Origin: the human T2T-CHM13v2.0 reference genome, Homo sapiens
NCBI RefSeq assembly: GCF_009914755.1
Contig: NC_060932.1
Direction: 5' to 3' (one strand)
Length of the DNA stretch: 64,000 nt
Shown here: positions 24,231 to 43,574 of the stretch, piece by piece
How the letters are laid out: the number at the start of each line of letters is the position of its first letter
Numbering within the stretch: the stretch's first letter is position 1
Translations under genes and position numbers: made by a program
Notes under the pieces: generated by a model
The model's database searches: none
What the model saw: the letters and a program-made list of their open reading frames with translations, nothing else
Told to the model about the DNA's origin: nothing

Positions 24231-24519
24231 TTGAAAAATAGTTTCTTAAATTTTAAATCAAAAATAAAAAGAAGAAAGAATGCAGTGTAAGCAGAATATT
24301 GCTTTATTCAATTAAAATTTATGAAGCAATTAGTTAAAACTGGCAACCTTTTAATAAGTTAAAAAATACTTATTTAAAACAGCAAAATAAATAAATACTA
24401 CTTGTATTTTCAAATTAGATAAGCTTAATTTTTTAGAGCCGTGGTGGTAGATATTTTTTCTGGACTCTCAAGAATCTATTCAGTCTTGTTTTGGTTTTCA
24501 CATCTGTATTTCTATACTA

Positions 24520-24886
24520 TAGGCTGAACATGCACAGTATATACCCCTTTGCATCTTTTCCTGTGTCCCAAGAGCTAACTACTTCCAACTGCAATCCCTT
24601 GTGACTTTGATTAAGGCCTTTCTCTAACTGCCTGACCCCACTTTGCCCTCTTACCAACCAAGTGGAAAGGTCTATGGAGTTACCACCCTTTTGAATCGGG
24701 CATCAACCAGTAATCAATACGTTTTTCTTCCAAAATTTTCTAGTGAGATTGGTCACCAGTTGCCTACATAGAAAACTGCTTAAAACTTCACCCTTTAGAG
24801 GCTTACTGCTTCATCTCCCAAGGTGAGATAAACTGTATTCACATCGTTGTTTTAGAGTCCACTTCTGTGGGAACATAACTAAAGAC
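24520..24886 (+). mobile_element. ERVL LTR (LTR16-like), apparently nested in an old MLT1-like LTR (~24440-25200)
   Basis: 3' end ...agagtccacttctgtgggaacataactaaagac; internal caccagttgcctacatagaaaactgctt. Confidence 0.5.
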
Positions 24887-25231
24887 CTTTACTCTCATTT
24901 TTTGGGGGGTGGGGGCAGGGGGACAATTTATTCCTTTGAATTCATGACTATGATTTGGGCAGGGATAACCCTACTCTCAAATCTAGGAATAGGTCCTCAT
25001 TCACTTAAGGCAACAGGAGCAGCACATTTTCCTGTCCATAGCAATTGGTTTACAAATAGCCAAGTGATATAATTTTGGATAATCGGAAAAAGCGAACCCA
25101 GGGATTAGTACAAATCATTATAAGTGACTACTATTATTTTATTTTCCAGTGTGGTACAAAATGAAGATGTTGGCAGCTGCCAAAACACTTTTGTAACTAC
25201 AAATGGAAGGCTAGAGATATATTAGAAAGGT

Positions 25232-25527
25232 AAATACCCCACTTACAATAATTAATAGAACAGCCAGACAGAAGACTAAAATGAAAGTCAAGGTCTTGAA
25301 CAACAGTAGAGACCAACTGAACCTAGCAGGCTTATGCAAAACACTCCACTCAACAAAAACAGAATACATATTCTTCTCAAGTAAATGCAGATAATCCTCC
25401 AGGACAGACTATATCTTAGCCCATAACATAATTCTTAATAAATGTTCAAAAGATTACAATAATGTAAAGTATCATCTCCAATCACAATGGAATGATTTGA
25501 AATCAATAACAGAGGTAAAACTAAAAG
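25232..25527 (+). mobile_element. Old L1M ORF2 endonuclease fragment
   Basis: aataccccactt...agacagaag...aacagaatacatattcttctcaagt...ccaatcacaatggaat (FNTPL, EYTFFS, SDHNG-like). Confidence 0.85.
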
Positions 25528-25529
25528 GC

Positions 25530-28500
25530 TAGGGAGGAGAGCAAGATGGCCAACTAGATGTAGCCAGGTGGAACAGCTCCCACAAAAACAGGTTGATGAC
25601 GAGCGTTCCCCTAACAGATCTTCATGGGAAGCCACTGAGAGCAGATGGAGGGAAGACACAGAAGCTAGGCTGAATGGGAAAAAAACTGGGAATTCTATCT
25701 GGGGTTACAGCATACCCAGACTAATTCCTGGTCCCCAAAGGCTCTGGAGGAACAGGTGAGTTGAACTGGCAAGGAGAAACCTGTTATCCCCACGGGCCTC
25801 TGGAATCCCACCAGGAGACCGCTCAACCACCATGGACATGCAAGTTGGCAGAGAGAGCTGCTTAGAGAACTCGTAGGGGCAGCAAGCCAACTGATGTGGA
25901 GCCCAGAGGGTTTGGTGTGGGAGCACCTGGGGTGGAGCATGGCCAGGGACGGCCATCCCACTAGGCTCAATTTGCTCCCATAGGAGACTTAGGCTACAGG
26001 AACTGTGGTTCTCAACTCTGCAGGGTGGTCTTGCCCATCAGACCAGTTCCTATGAACTGAGCACCTCTTGGTCTGTTGACCTCTCCTGGGGCCCTTGCGT
26101 GACCATGCCTGCTTGCAAGGCAGCCTCAAGTGCCTTGGGGGCCTGCCCCATAGCTTCTGTACTGAAGGACCATGCCTGACTGATGGAGAGCCCCAGCAGG
26201 GCGGCCCCTAGGGCCACGTACCAGTCTGCAGGCTCCCTCTCCACACTGCAGCTTCCCTGGGCCCCACCACATTGCTTTGCTGGAGTGTGTCTGTGCAGAT
26301 GGGTTTTGTTTCTCTTGCTCTGTCAGCCTGCGCAAGAGCACTTCACCCCCACTGCCATTGAAGACAGAGCCTTGGCGGGCACAGATCCAGGAAGCCCTGC
26401 CCTACCAGCACCCCGCCTTTACTCTAACACTAGGCAGAGAACAGCAGATCCTCCCCTACCCTTAGCGACCACTCCTGCTTGCAGGGCATAGAAGAGGCAC
26501 CCAGACCTGCAGCAGCCACTGCCCTGTCCCCATGCCAACACCGCCACCAGCAAGGCCATGTGCACAGTCACCAGCAGGCTCCGTTTACTCCCCTGAGCTG
26601 CGTTGCCTCTGACACTGGTGAACGCTGGCAGGGAGGCAGGCACCCCAGCACCCACTAGCACTCTGTTGCAGCGGCCGTCACCACTGCTGCTAGCACTTGA
26701 AAATGAGGGTGGATCCTGCTGCCACTACGCTATGAAACGCTTTAGCTGACACCACCCATTGGAGTGTAGTGATCAGCGGTCCCAGAGCACCTCACCTCCT
26801 CCTGCACAGTGGATTCCTAAATTCAAAGAGCCAGTAAACAAGGTCAGCGCCCAATACAAGTCTCCTGGAGTTAGAGCATAAAGTCTAGGAGTTGGGAACT
26901 GAGCACTGACCTGCTAAAATCTTACAGAAAAAAAGCGAATTGGCTGAACTCACCTTATACTACAATCAGCTCCTCAAGGGCATCAAATAGGAGAAAAGAA
27001 AATAACACCCATCCAAAGATCAGCACCTCAAATATTGAATGAAAATAATCCCACAAAAATGAGAAAGATTCAGCATAAGAAGCCTAACAACTCAAAAACC
27101 CAGAGTGCCTTCTTTCTTCCGAACTGGGCTGAGATGGTTGAAATGACAGAATTAGAATTCAAATAGTAATAGGAACAAAGATCATTGAGCTACAGGACTA
27201 CATTAAAAACCAATCCAATGAAGCTAAAAATAATGATAAAACAATGCAGAAACTGACAGACAAATAGCCAGCATAGAAAAAAAAAAACCATAAACTGATT
27301 TCATAGACCTGAAAAAAATTAAAAAACACTACAAGAAACACTATAATGAAATCACAAGTATTAATAGCAGAATAGAACAAGTGGAAGAAAGAATCTCACA
27401 GCTTGAAGAGTGACTTTCTGAAATAAGACAGACAAGAATAGAGAAAAAAAGAAATAACAGGAACAAACAAAACCACTGAGAAATATGGAATTATGTAAAG
27501 AGACCAAATCAATGACTCATCGGTGTCCCTGAAATAGATGGGGAGAATGGAACCAACTTGGAAAACATATTTCAGGATATCATTCATGAGAACTTTCCCA
27601 ACCTTTTAGAGAGACCAGCATTCAGTTTCAGGAAATGCAGAGAACCGCAGTAAGATACTTCACAGGAAGATCATTCCGAAGACATGTAATCATCAGATTC
27701 TCTGAGTTTGAAATGAAAGAAACAGTGTTAAAGGGAGCTAGAGAGAATGGTTAGGTCACCTACAAAGGGAAGCTCATCAGACTAACAGTGAACTTCTCAG
27801 CAGAAACCCTACAAGTCAGAAGAGATTGGGGGCCAATATTCAACATCCTTAAAGGAAAGGATTTTCAACCCAGAATTTCATATCGAGCCAAACTAAGCTT
27901 TACAAGTGAAAGAGAAATAAGATCCTTTTCAGACAAGCAAATACTGAGGGAATTCATTACTACCAGACCTGCCTTACTAGAGCTCCTAAAGGAATCACTA
28001 AATATGGAAAGGGAAGACCATTACCAGCCCCTACAAAAGCACAGGTAAGTACACAGATGAGAGAAACCATAAAGCAACCACATTCACAAGTCTGCAAAAT
28101 AACCCCGCTAACATCATGATGACAGGATCAAATCCACACATATCAGTACTAACCTTGAATGTAAACGGGCTAAATGACCCAACTAAAAGGCACAGAGTGA
28201 AGCTGGATAAAGAACCAAGACCCATTGCTATGCTGTCTTTAAGAGAACTATCTCACATGCAATGACACATACAGGCTCAAAATAAAATGATGGAGAAAAA
28301 TCTACCAAGCAAATGAAAAACAGAAATAAAGCAGAGTTTGAAATCTTAGTTTCAGACAAAACAGACTTTAAACCAGCAGAGATTAAAAAAAAAAAAAAGG
28401 GCAAAGAACATTACATAAGGATAAAAGCTTCAATTCAACAAGAAGAACTAACTAACCTAAATATATATGTACCAAGCACAGGAGCACTCAGATTCATAAT

Positions 28501-28782
28501 GCAAGTTGTAAGAGACCTTCAAAGAGACCTGCACTCCCACACAATAATAGTGCAAGATTTTAACACCCCACTGACACTATTAGGCAGATCATTGAGACAG
28601 AAAATTAACAAAGATATTCAGGACCTGGAAGCCAGCACTGGATCAAATGGACCTGATAGACACCTAAAGAACTCTCCACCCAAAAACAACAAAATATACA
28701 TTCTTCTTATCACCACATAGTACATACACTAAACTAGATAACATAATCAGAGGTAAAACACTCCTCAGCAAATGCAAAAGAA
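25530..28782 (+). mobile_element. L1PA (about PA10-13) 5' half: GC-rich 5' UTR, decayed ORF1 (~27060-28048) and ORF2 endonuclease start (28116); 3' part missing
   Basis: 5' end ggaggagagcaagatggccaactag; ORF1 C-terminus FSAETLQVRRDWGPIFNILK...FITTRPALLELLKE; ORF2 start MTGSNPHISVLTLNVNGLN and QDFNTPLT. Confidence 0.95.
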
Positions 28783-31169
28783 TGCAATAAACATATACGT
28801 GCCTGTGTCTTTATAATAGAAGGTGACTCTGACGTGATACCAATTTGTGTAGTCTGCAGAGTGAGACTCTGCCTCAAGAAAAAAACAAATCAACAGCAGT
28901 AGCGTGAGTCAGGAAAGATGACTGCACTATACAGAACTTCACTGAAGCTTTGCTCACAAAAGTCACTTTTACATTTATAAAAATAATTTCCTTATCCAAA
29001 GAACAGCTAAAAGACAGTTCTTTTCACAAACTGGCTCATGTCTCTAAATAATTCAGAAGTTAAAGAGAAAGGAAATACCTGAGATGATAGGTAGTTAAAG
29101 AAATCTGGAGTGCTGTCCTGTGAGAGATGTAGGCTTTGCTTGTGTGGGCCAAAATTAAAGAAGAAAGGTAAAATGCAGATCACTTTGTCTAGGATTCCAC
29201 TCGGAGGCACACCCATGAAACAATGTCATCCTACATTGCTATATTTCAGTTACTGAATTAATACCCAGTGGACTGAGCTAAATGGAGTCATTTTCAATGT
29301 GAGAATAAGAATGTGATGAGATGTCCCCCCTCTTCAAAATGCTACTAATTTGCTCATCTAAAATTTAAATTAAAATGACGCCAAATGACAATTACCTAGA
29401 CACCTAGACAATACATGATTGTTGTAGGCAGTTTAAAAAAAAAAGCAAAAAAACAGAAAAACTATGTTCTGTTATACAACTTAAAAAGGAAAAAGCGGCA
29501 ATTTTCTGCACTTCAATATAAACAGTTAGCCTTTGCAATATTTCCTAATGGACAGTTTCATTTTAGAATTAGGAAGCAGTGAATAGAAATGTGTAGTATT
29601 AACTTTGAATGAGATTTATCCAATATGAAATCTTTCTATTTTCCACAAGGTGTTCAACTTTTTCTGTAAACAAACTTGTACTTATAAAAATACAAGTTTT
29701 AATTCTTTATCACAAAAAAAGCATCTGGATGAAAAATGCTAAGATATCAATCTAAATAAGTCACTGTAGAACAAAGAAAGACTATATTCTAACATTCATA
29801 TTTTAAATCTGGAGCTGCATAGACATTGCATTTAGTTGAATCAAATATGAGAAAGCATATTGCTGAGGCTGAGAGGTCAAGGTAAAACTGTGCAGTTTGA
29901 TTTAACTTATTGCTTCTTTCCCTAACAAAAACAGGAAAACATTTTAATGTGTATTTCTTTAAATAAAAAAGGGATATTATTTCTATGATTAAATTGCAAA
30001 ATATTTATAACTTACCAGAGCCATTCAAATTGGAAAAAAATAAAATACATTGAACAACCCTTACCAACCTTCATATTTCATAATTGCAGAGGCAAACAAT
30101 AAGCAATGAATCTGACTAAACTCTAGCTTTCCATTTAGATCTACATCATGGCTGACAGTTCAAGAAAATTGATTTAAGCTTCTCACTGACTATGTGCCAA
30201 GTATGTGAATTTCTTGAATAATTTTATCCTTTTACCATAACAGTTTTAGGCTCCCAATTATTAAAATTGCACAGATAAGAGGAAAAGTGAGAAATAACGA
30301 GACACCACACCAGCTGTGCTGAGCTATTTAGGCTTACACAGCTTGAATATTAAATTATACAGAAGGTGAAACAGTGTAATAAACATGAAAAGTATCTTAG
30401 TGCAGAGAACTGTTCCAGTCTCTGAACTAATAATGGTATTTTTGCATCTCTGGCCACTGTGGTGAGTGGACAAATCACATGGTCATGTGCTCAGTGTATC
30501 TGGAGATTCATCCTTCATTGGACAGATAGCACAACAAATGTTATATGACCAGATTCCCCCAAAGCTTTAACTAGACTGTGCTGTAAATTAAGAAGCTTTG
30601 GAAATTGTTTTGAATCTCAATGATCATCAGGGTGTCAGCTCATTTAATATGAGGAAGTAATAAATTGTATTATGCTCTGATTGAATAATTTTTTTTGAAG
30701 ACGCATTACTGCTAGTGTGCTAAATAGGAATGTGGAGAAAAGAATGAGTGAAAATATCTTTTGAAAATGTCTAATTTACAGCAAGGGCATAGTTTAGGCA
30801 CAAGAAGGATAACTGGAGTTATAAAAAGGCAACAGTGAAATTTTATCATGCAACTACTTAGTGGGGTGGCAAGGGTAGAATTGAAAACTCATTTAAAAAT
30901 AAAATCTTTTCATAACTATGTTTGCTTGCTTTTTGAGTCTTATTTTAAATGTCACTTTACCCTTCCATTCCTATTTGTGTTCTTGTAGTCTCTAGTGCTT
31001 TTTGTTGGTCCTCAGACTCAGCAGGAGGAGAAATTGAGGCCAGTTTAGTTGATGGTAGTCAGACTTCTTAATCCAAATCCAGTTGAAGGTGTTGATAAAA
31101 TAATAATTAATGACATTCCTCTGGATATTTCTTAATGTCAGTCCTAAGAACAAAGAACATTAAGGATTA

Positions 31170-31385
31170 GACGGAAAGGAGGAGGAGAAAACAGAGAAAA
31201 AGGGAGAGGAAGAAGGTGAGAAACAGGAGAAAAAAACATGAGAAAGAAGCAGCAGAAGAGGAAGAAGAAAGAGGAAGAAGAGGAGACAAAGGGAAAAGAG
31301 CAGATGAGGAAGAGAAGGAAGATAAAGCTCAGAAAGAGTAAAGGGAGAAGGTGAGGGAAGAGGAGAAGAAGGAGGAGGGAAGATA
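31170..31385. repeat. GA-rich low-complexity tract
   Basis: Direct reading; explains ORF 31160..31510. Confidence 0.85.
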
Positions 31386-31829
31386 TTTCTTACAAGTACC
31401 CTGAGAAAATGAGTAAATTTTAGGTCCAGCAAGAGGAAGCTGCAACGAAAAGGGGTAAGTAGAATGTTTAAGACTGTATTCATGACCTTAGTCTGGAAAA
31501 TTCTTCCCACTCTTTTCTTGAATTACAACTCCTTTACACATTTACCTTGATTAACTCTCGAACATGGTATAAATATCAGCATACACATTCCTTCCACAAG
31601 GAATTCTCTACTCCTCAAAGATGGGATAGATACTCTCCTCGTATTTCAATTTTTCTGTGTCCCCACTAGATATTACTTCCCTAACAAAAGAGATTATGTG
31701 ATTTTTGAATGCTGCATTCCCAGAAATTTTGAACACTTCTTGGATGTAAATCATTAGTTTCGCTGTGGCTTTTGTAGAATTGTAGTCTTCTCTAGATGTC
31801 TTTTTTTATCTGAAAGTGCTTAATAAAGT

Positions 31830-36290
<4,461 letters not shown>

Positions 36291-37284
36291 GATACTGGAT
36301 ATATCTTATATTTCTTTTTGAAAGGAGAAAAACTCCCATTTTTTTAACTAATATCTGGTTCATGTTTGTAATCTAGAGCCAAACTGTCCTTATAAACAAT
36401 GACAGATCTTTGACTAACAGACATGGGGCTGCTTGTAGGTGATGCCATGTTTTTTTCCTGATAGAGAGTGGTCAAAGTTGGGGCAGAGGTTAAGAAGTTT
36501 TTGTAATTTGTATAAAGTACACAGCTATTTATAGTTTTATTATGGTTCTAGGAATACACAGGGTGGAGACTTTTTTTTCATTTTTCAACTCCATCAGATG
36601 TTGCTTCTCTGATCTTTTCTTTGATTTCCCCTTTGATTTCAGAATTAACTGTCTTGCCATCATTAGAGGGTTTCATAGAAGTGCTGAGGAATAAGAAATT
36701 AACTATCTCCCTTGATTTCCAGAAATGGTTCTTCAATTAAAATAATGTAAGAATCATGCTATAAAAAATTAGAAGTGTTCACTTCTCCACATCCTTCTTC
36801 ACTTATTAAATATTGTTTATTTAGTTAACTTCAAAGTTATTAATGCATTCAAATACCAACATTGCATGCACTAATGTGCTTAGGTTGAGTGCAATGACTT
36901 TCTTTTGCTAAGAGTTAAAAAAATACTTATAGCACTGTATGTCAATATTATGAAATATAAAATTGAAAAAACTATTGAATATAAAATTGAATAAAATATA
37001 GCTACATGAAGGGAAATAGAAGGATGAAGGCCAAAATAATCTGTTTTATAAATAATTCAAAATTTGGCAAATATATGCAATATCTTTTCTACATCTTGAA
37101 AACTAGAATATTGTCAAAATATTTATTTTTGCGTCCTGGGATTATGTGCTTTAGACCATACTGTATCATAAAGATCATTTATAAACTGTAGAACATGTGA
37201 GGATATGAATTCTAATCATACGTTTACTGTTTGTCATCAATTACATCTCCAAAAAATGTATGTGCTCTGTTAATTTTCGTACGT

Positions 37285-37460
37285 ATTTTGTTTTCTCCTC
37301 ATAATAGCATTGGGAGAGAAGTAATATTATTATCATAATGTTATAGATGGAAAAACTGATACATGAATTTTGAACATGTTAACAATTACTCTTCTAGTAA
37401 ATGATAAAGTATAATTATATTTAATAATTGGCATGATTGAAATCCATATTCTCATCTTCT
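37285..37460 (-). mobile_element. MIR
   Basis: ctcctcataatagc...ttatagatggaaaactga...ctagtaaatga. Confidence 0.55.
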
Positions 37461-37499
37461 CAGCACTCAGAATGGAGGCCAAATGTCTGTCATTTTAGT

Positions 37500-38525
<1,026 letters not shown>

Positions 38526-39209
38526 TAGCTTTTTTCCCCCTTCTTCAACAAAGTTTTATTGTGGCAACACAGCCAGGGCTTAGAGCTGTTTCTAGAGTTC
38601 CCTTTTCTTGTATGTTTCTGTGTAACATCTAGCCAGAAATGGAACTTTCATAAAATTTGAAAGGGGGGAATGAAAAAGGAGCCAGTATTATCACAAGGTT
38701 ATGATAGCCTGACAAGGTCAGAGGCTTTACTCTGCTACAGGTCTAATTAGGCTTCTGGACTGCTGATCCTTCTGATTAACAGCCCTACCCACCCTACCCT
38801 TCCAATTGGTGCTGTACACTAATCTATGCAGGAGCTACACCAAAGACACAGCTCTCCAAGAATTGCCAGCTCATATTAGTTTTGTCACAATTGTCTATTT
38901 TGTGGTCCCATTTGGGCAGCTGGCCATGCCTGGTTTTTCACATTTTTCCTTAAGCTCCAACTTTTCTTTCTGTACTACTGACTTAGGATAACTGATTGCT
39001 TACTTTTTACTTGATTCTCTCATTTATTTTTCAGATTTTTATTTCCAATTTTTAAATAAATTCTAAAATATACCTTTTATTTCCATAATTCTTATCATGG
39101 ATCTAGAATTCTTATCGTGGCTCTGTTTGTCTGACAGAACTCTGGACCATACGCAAAAGAAAATTGCCTACTTTCTCTTAAAAACAAATATCAAAACAAA
39201 ACACAAATC

Positions 39210-42200
39210 AAAATAGAAGGTATACCTATATTTATATGTGACAAAATAGACAACTTAAAGACTGTAAAAAGAGACAAGGTCACTATATAATGATAAAGGT
39301 TTCAATTCAACAAGAGGATTCAACAATTATATATAATCTATGCACCCAACACCAGAGCACCCAGCTATATAAAGCAAACACTAATAGATCTGAAGAGGGA
39401 GATAGAGTAACTGCAACTCAATAATCGTAGGGCACTTTAACATCCCACTCTCAGTAATGAAGAGGTCACTCAGACAGAAAATCAAAAAAGAAACATCAAA
39501 GTGAAACTATACTGTAGCCCAAATGGACTTAACTGATTTTACAGAACATTTCACCCAATTGCTATAGAATACATTCCATCTACACATGGAACATTCTCTG
39601 GAATAGAGCATATCTTAGGCCAAAAAAACAAGGCTTAATAAATTCAAAAAAGTAGAAACTATGTCAAGTATCTTTTCTGATCACAATAGAATAAAACTAG
39701 AAATTAATAACAACAGGTCCTGGAAACAATAGAAATATGAGGAAATTAAACAACATGTAATTTAATGACCAATGAGTCAATGAAGATACTGAGAAGATTA
39801 TTTTAAAATGTATTGAAACAAATGAAAATGGAAACAAAACTTACCAAAATCTATGGGATATGGCAAAAGCTGTGCTAAGAGAGAAGTTTTAACAATAAAT
39901 GCCTACATCAAAAAAGTAGAAAGACGTCAAATAAACAACATAATGATGCATCTCAAGGAACTTACCCAGAAACATACGGGAAAAGGGAATTCTGGAACTA
40001 GAAAAATAAGAACAAACCATATCCAAAACTAGTAGAAGAAAAAAGTAATAAATATTAGGGTATAAATAAATAAAATTGAGACAAAAAATACAACATATCA
40101 ACAAAATTAAAACTTGCTTCTTTGATATGACAAACAAAACAGGAAAACCTTTAGCCAGACTAAGAAAAAAAAAAAGAAAACCCAAATAAATAAAATCAGA
40201 AACAAAAAGGAGATATCACAGTCAAAACGATAGAAATACAAAGAATCATTAAAGATTTATGGATGACCATATGCCAACACACTAGAAAACTCATTAGGAA
40301 TGGTTAAATTTCTGAACACATACCACCTACCAACATAGAGCCATGAAGAAATAGAAAACCTGAACAAACCAATAATGAGTAATGAAATCAAAGCCATAAT
40401 AAAAAGTCTCCCATCAAAGAAAAGCCCAAAATATGATGGCTTTACTGCTGAATTCCACTAAACATAGTAAAAAGAACGAATATCAATTCTACTAAAACTC
40501 TCCAAAAAAAACTGAAAAGGAGGAAATATGTTCAAACTCATTCTACAAGGCTATTATCCTGATACCAAAACCAGATGAGGACACAGCACCAAAAAAAAAA
40601 AAAAAAAAGAAAAGAAAAAGAAAATAATAGGCTAATATAATTTATAAACATAGATCCAACAATTGCCAATAAAATACTAGCAAACCGAATCCAACAGCAC
40701 ATTAAAAATATCAGTCACCATGAATAAGTGTGATTAATCCCAGGGAAACAAGGATGATTAAACATACACAAATCAATAAATGTGATATATCACAATAACA
40801 GAAACAAGAAGAAACATCATATGATTATTTCAATAGATATTTAAAAAGCATTTGAAAAAAATTCAACATCCATTTATGATGAAAATTCTTATCAAACTGA
40901 GTATAGAAGGAACATATCTCAAAATAATAAAGGCCATATAGGACAAACCCACAATGAACATCATACTAAATGGGGAAAAACTGAGAGTCTTTCCTCTAAA
41001 ATCTGAAACAAAAAAAGATGTCCATTTTCACCAGTTTATTCAACATAATACTGGAAATCTTGGCAAGAGCAATTAGGCAAGATAAAAGAAATAAAGGGTA
41101 TCCATATTGGAAAAGAAGAAGTCAAATTAGCCTTATTCACGGATGACATGATTTTATATTTGGAAAAACACAGTCTCCACAAAAAAAACCTCTTAGAACT
41201 GATGAATGCATTCAGTAAGGTTGATGGATACAAAATCAACATGCAAACATCAGTAGAATTTATGCACACCAAGTGTGAACTATCTGAAAAAGAAACTGAG
41301 GAAGTAGTCTCATTTACAAAAGCTACAAAGGACATAAACTGCCTAGAAATTAATTTAAACAAGGAAATGAAAGATATACACAAGGAAAACTGAAGAAATA
41401 CTGATGAAAAAAATTGATCAGGAACCAGAAAATAAAAAGCTATTGAATGCCCATAGATTGGAAGAATTATTATTGTTAAAATGTCAATAACGACCTAAAA
41501 CAATGTGCAGATTCAATGCAATCTCTACCAAAACATCAATGGCATTGATCACAGAATTTTTTTTTAAGAAGTTAACATTTATATGAAACCACAAAAGACC
41601 CCAAATAGCCAAAGGAATCCTAAGCAAAAAATCAAGAACAAAAACAAAAACAAAAAAAGCTAGAGGCATCATACCATGTGATTCAAAATACACAACAAAC
41701 AAAGCTATAGTAATCTAATCAGTATGGTACTGCCATAAAAACACACATAAACCAGTGAAACAGAGTCAGGAACCCAGATATAAATGAATTCACTTACAAC
41801 TAACTTTTATTTTCAACAAAGGTGCCAATAACAGACAATGGAGAAAGGGGAGCCTTTTCAATAAATTGTGCTGGGGAAACTGCATAACCATATAGAGCAG
41901 AATAAAACTAAACTGCTACCTCTCCTATATACAAATACCAAATCAAAGTGGATTAAAGACATAAATCTAAGAAGTAAACCTATGAGACTATTAGAAAATA
42001 AAACATTTTTTGTGGGGGAAATTCTGGGACATGCTCCAGGACATTGGTCTGGGCAAATATTTTTTGTATAAGGCCAGAAAAGCACAAGCAACAAAACAAA
42101 AAATAGACAAATGAGATTACATCAAGCTAAAAAGCTACAGCACAGCAAAAGAAACAATCGACAAAGTGAAGAGACAGCACACAGAATGGGAAAAAAAATG

Positions 42201-43570
42201 TTTGCAAACTATCCATCTGACAAAGGATTAAGAACCAGAATATATTAGAAGCTCAAACAACTCTATGGTGAAAAAATACTTTTATTTTTAAATGGAAAAA
42301 AGATATAAATACACATTTTTTTGAAAGAAGACATACAAATGGCTAACAGATATAAAAAAAAAATGCTCAACTTGACTAACCATCAGAGAAATGCATATCA
42401 AAACCACAGGGAAGCCAGACTCAGTGACTCCACACCTGTAATCTCAGCATTTTGGGAGACCCAAGAGGGAGGATCACATGAGGCCAGGAGTTGGAGACTA
42501 GGTCTCTATGAAAATAAAAATAAAAAACATTAGCTGTATGTGGTAGCACATACCTGTAACCCCAGCTACTTGAGAGGCTGAGTTGGAATGGTGGCTTGAG
42601 CCCAGGAGTTCAAGTCTGCAGTGAGCTGTATTATGCCACTGCACTCTAGCCTGGGTGACAGAGTGAAATCCTGTCTCTAAAACAAACGAACAAGCAAACA
42701 AACCACAGGGAGATATTATCTCACCACAATTAATATGACTTTTATCAAAAAGAGAATGATGAAATTCTCACAAGGATGTGAAGAATGAGGAAACCTCATG
42801 CACTTTTGGTAACAACATAAATAAGTAAAGCCACTATGAAAAATAATATAGAGGTCCTTCATAAAACTAAAACTAGAACTACTATATGATCCAGCAGTTC
42901 CACTACTGGTTATATATCCAAAATAAAAGGAAATCAATATATGAAACAGAAAGCTGCGCTACCACATGTGCACACTTCACAATAGCTGAAACAGGAAATC
43001 AACTTAAGTGTCCATCAATGGATGAGTGTATAACAATAGTGTTATATATACACAACAGAATAATATTTAGATATATAAAAGAATGAAATCCTATCATCTG
43101 TGACAACAAGGATGAGCCTAGAGGACATTATGTTAAGTGAAATAAGCCAAGCACAGAAGGACAAATATTGCATGTTGTCACTCATATGTGGGAGCTAAAA
43201 AAGTGGATTTTTTGAAGATAGAGTAGATTGCTGATTACCAAAGACTGGGAAAGAGAAGAGGGCTGGGGGAAGGGGATGAAGAGAGGTTGATTAATGGTTA
43301 CAAACATACAATTAGAAGACATATAAGACCTAGCATTCATCAGATCAATAGAGTGACTATAGTTAACAATAAGTTCTTATACATTTCAAAATAGCTAAAA
43401 GAGAATAATTTAAGTGTTCCTAGTATAAAGAGAAAAAATATTTAAGGTGATGGATATCCCAAATACCCATATTTGATCTTTTTTACACATTACATGAATT
43501 GTCAAAATATCACATGTATCCCCAAAATATGTATCACTATGAAAAACAAATAAAGCAAAACACAATAAAA
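39210..43570 (+). mobile_element. L1MA-type element: most of a decayed ORF2 plus 3' UTR
   Basis: EN region (tatgcacccaacaccagagcaccc); RT ttcacggatgacatgatt (FTDDMI) at ~41135; C-terminus; 3' UTR tttaaggtgatggatatccc...cacatgtatccccaaaatatgta and an A-rich tail. Confidence 0.95.
42413..42699 (+). mobile_element. AluJ inserted in the L1MA, with a short left-arm deletion
   Basis: 12-bp TSD aaaccacaggga (42401-42412 and 42700-42711); the gcctgggcaacatag segment is absent after ggagttggagact. Confidence 0.93.
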
Positions 43571-43574
43571 ATAA

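Noticed and set aside
25435-26661. Cluster of overlapping GC-rich ORFs
   Set aside because: They lie in an L1 5' UTR, where high GC lowers stop frequency; no recognisable protein or splice structure.
27788-28720. ORFs 27788..28048 and 28313..28720 as genes
   Set aside because: They are fragments of L1 ORF1 and the ORF2 endonuclease, broken by stops and frameshifts; not functional CDSs.
30139-30200. Possible 62-nt exon (ctttccatttag|ATC...CAA|gtatgt, with a branch-like ctgac upstream)
   Set aside because: Stops in all three frames, short pyrimidine tract and a competing upstream AG; indistinguishable from a pseudo-exon without RNA data.
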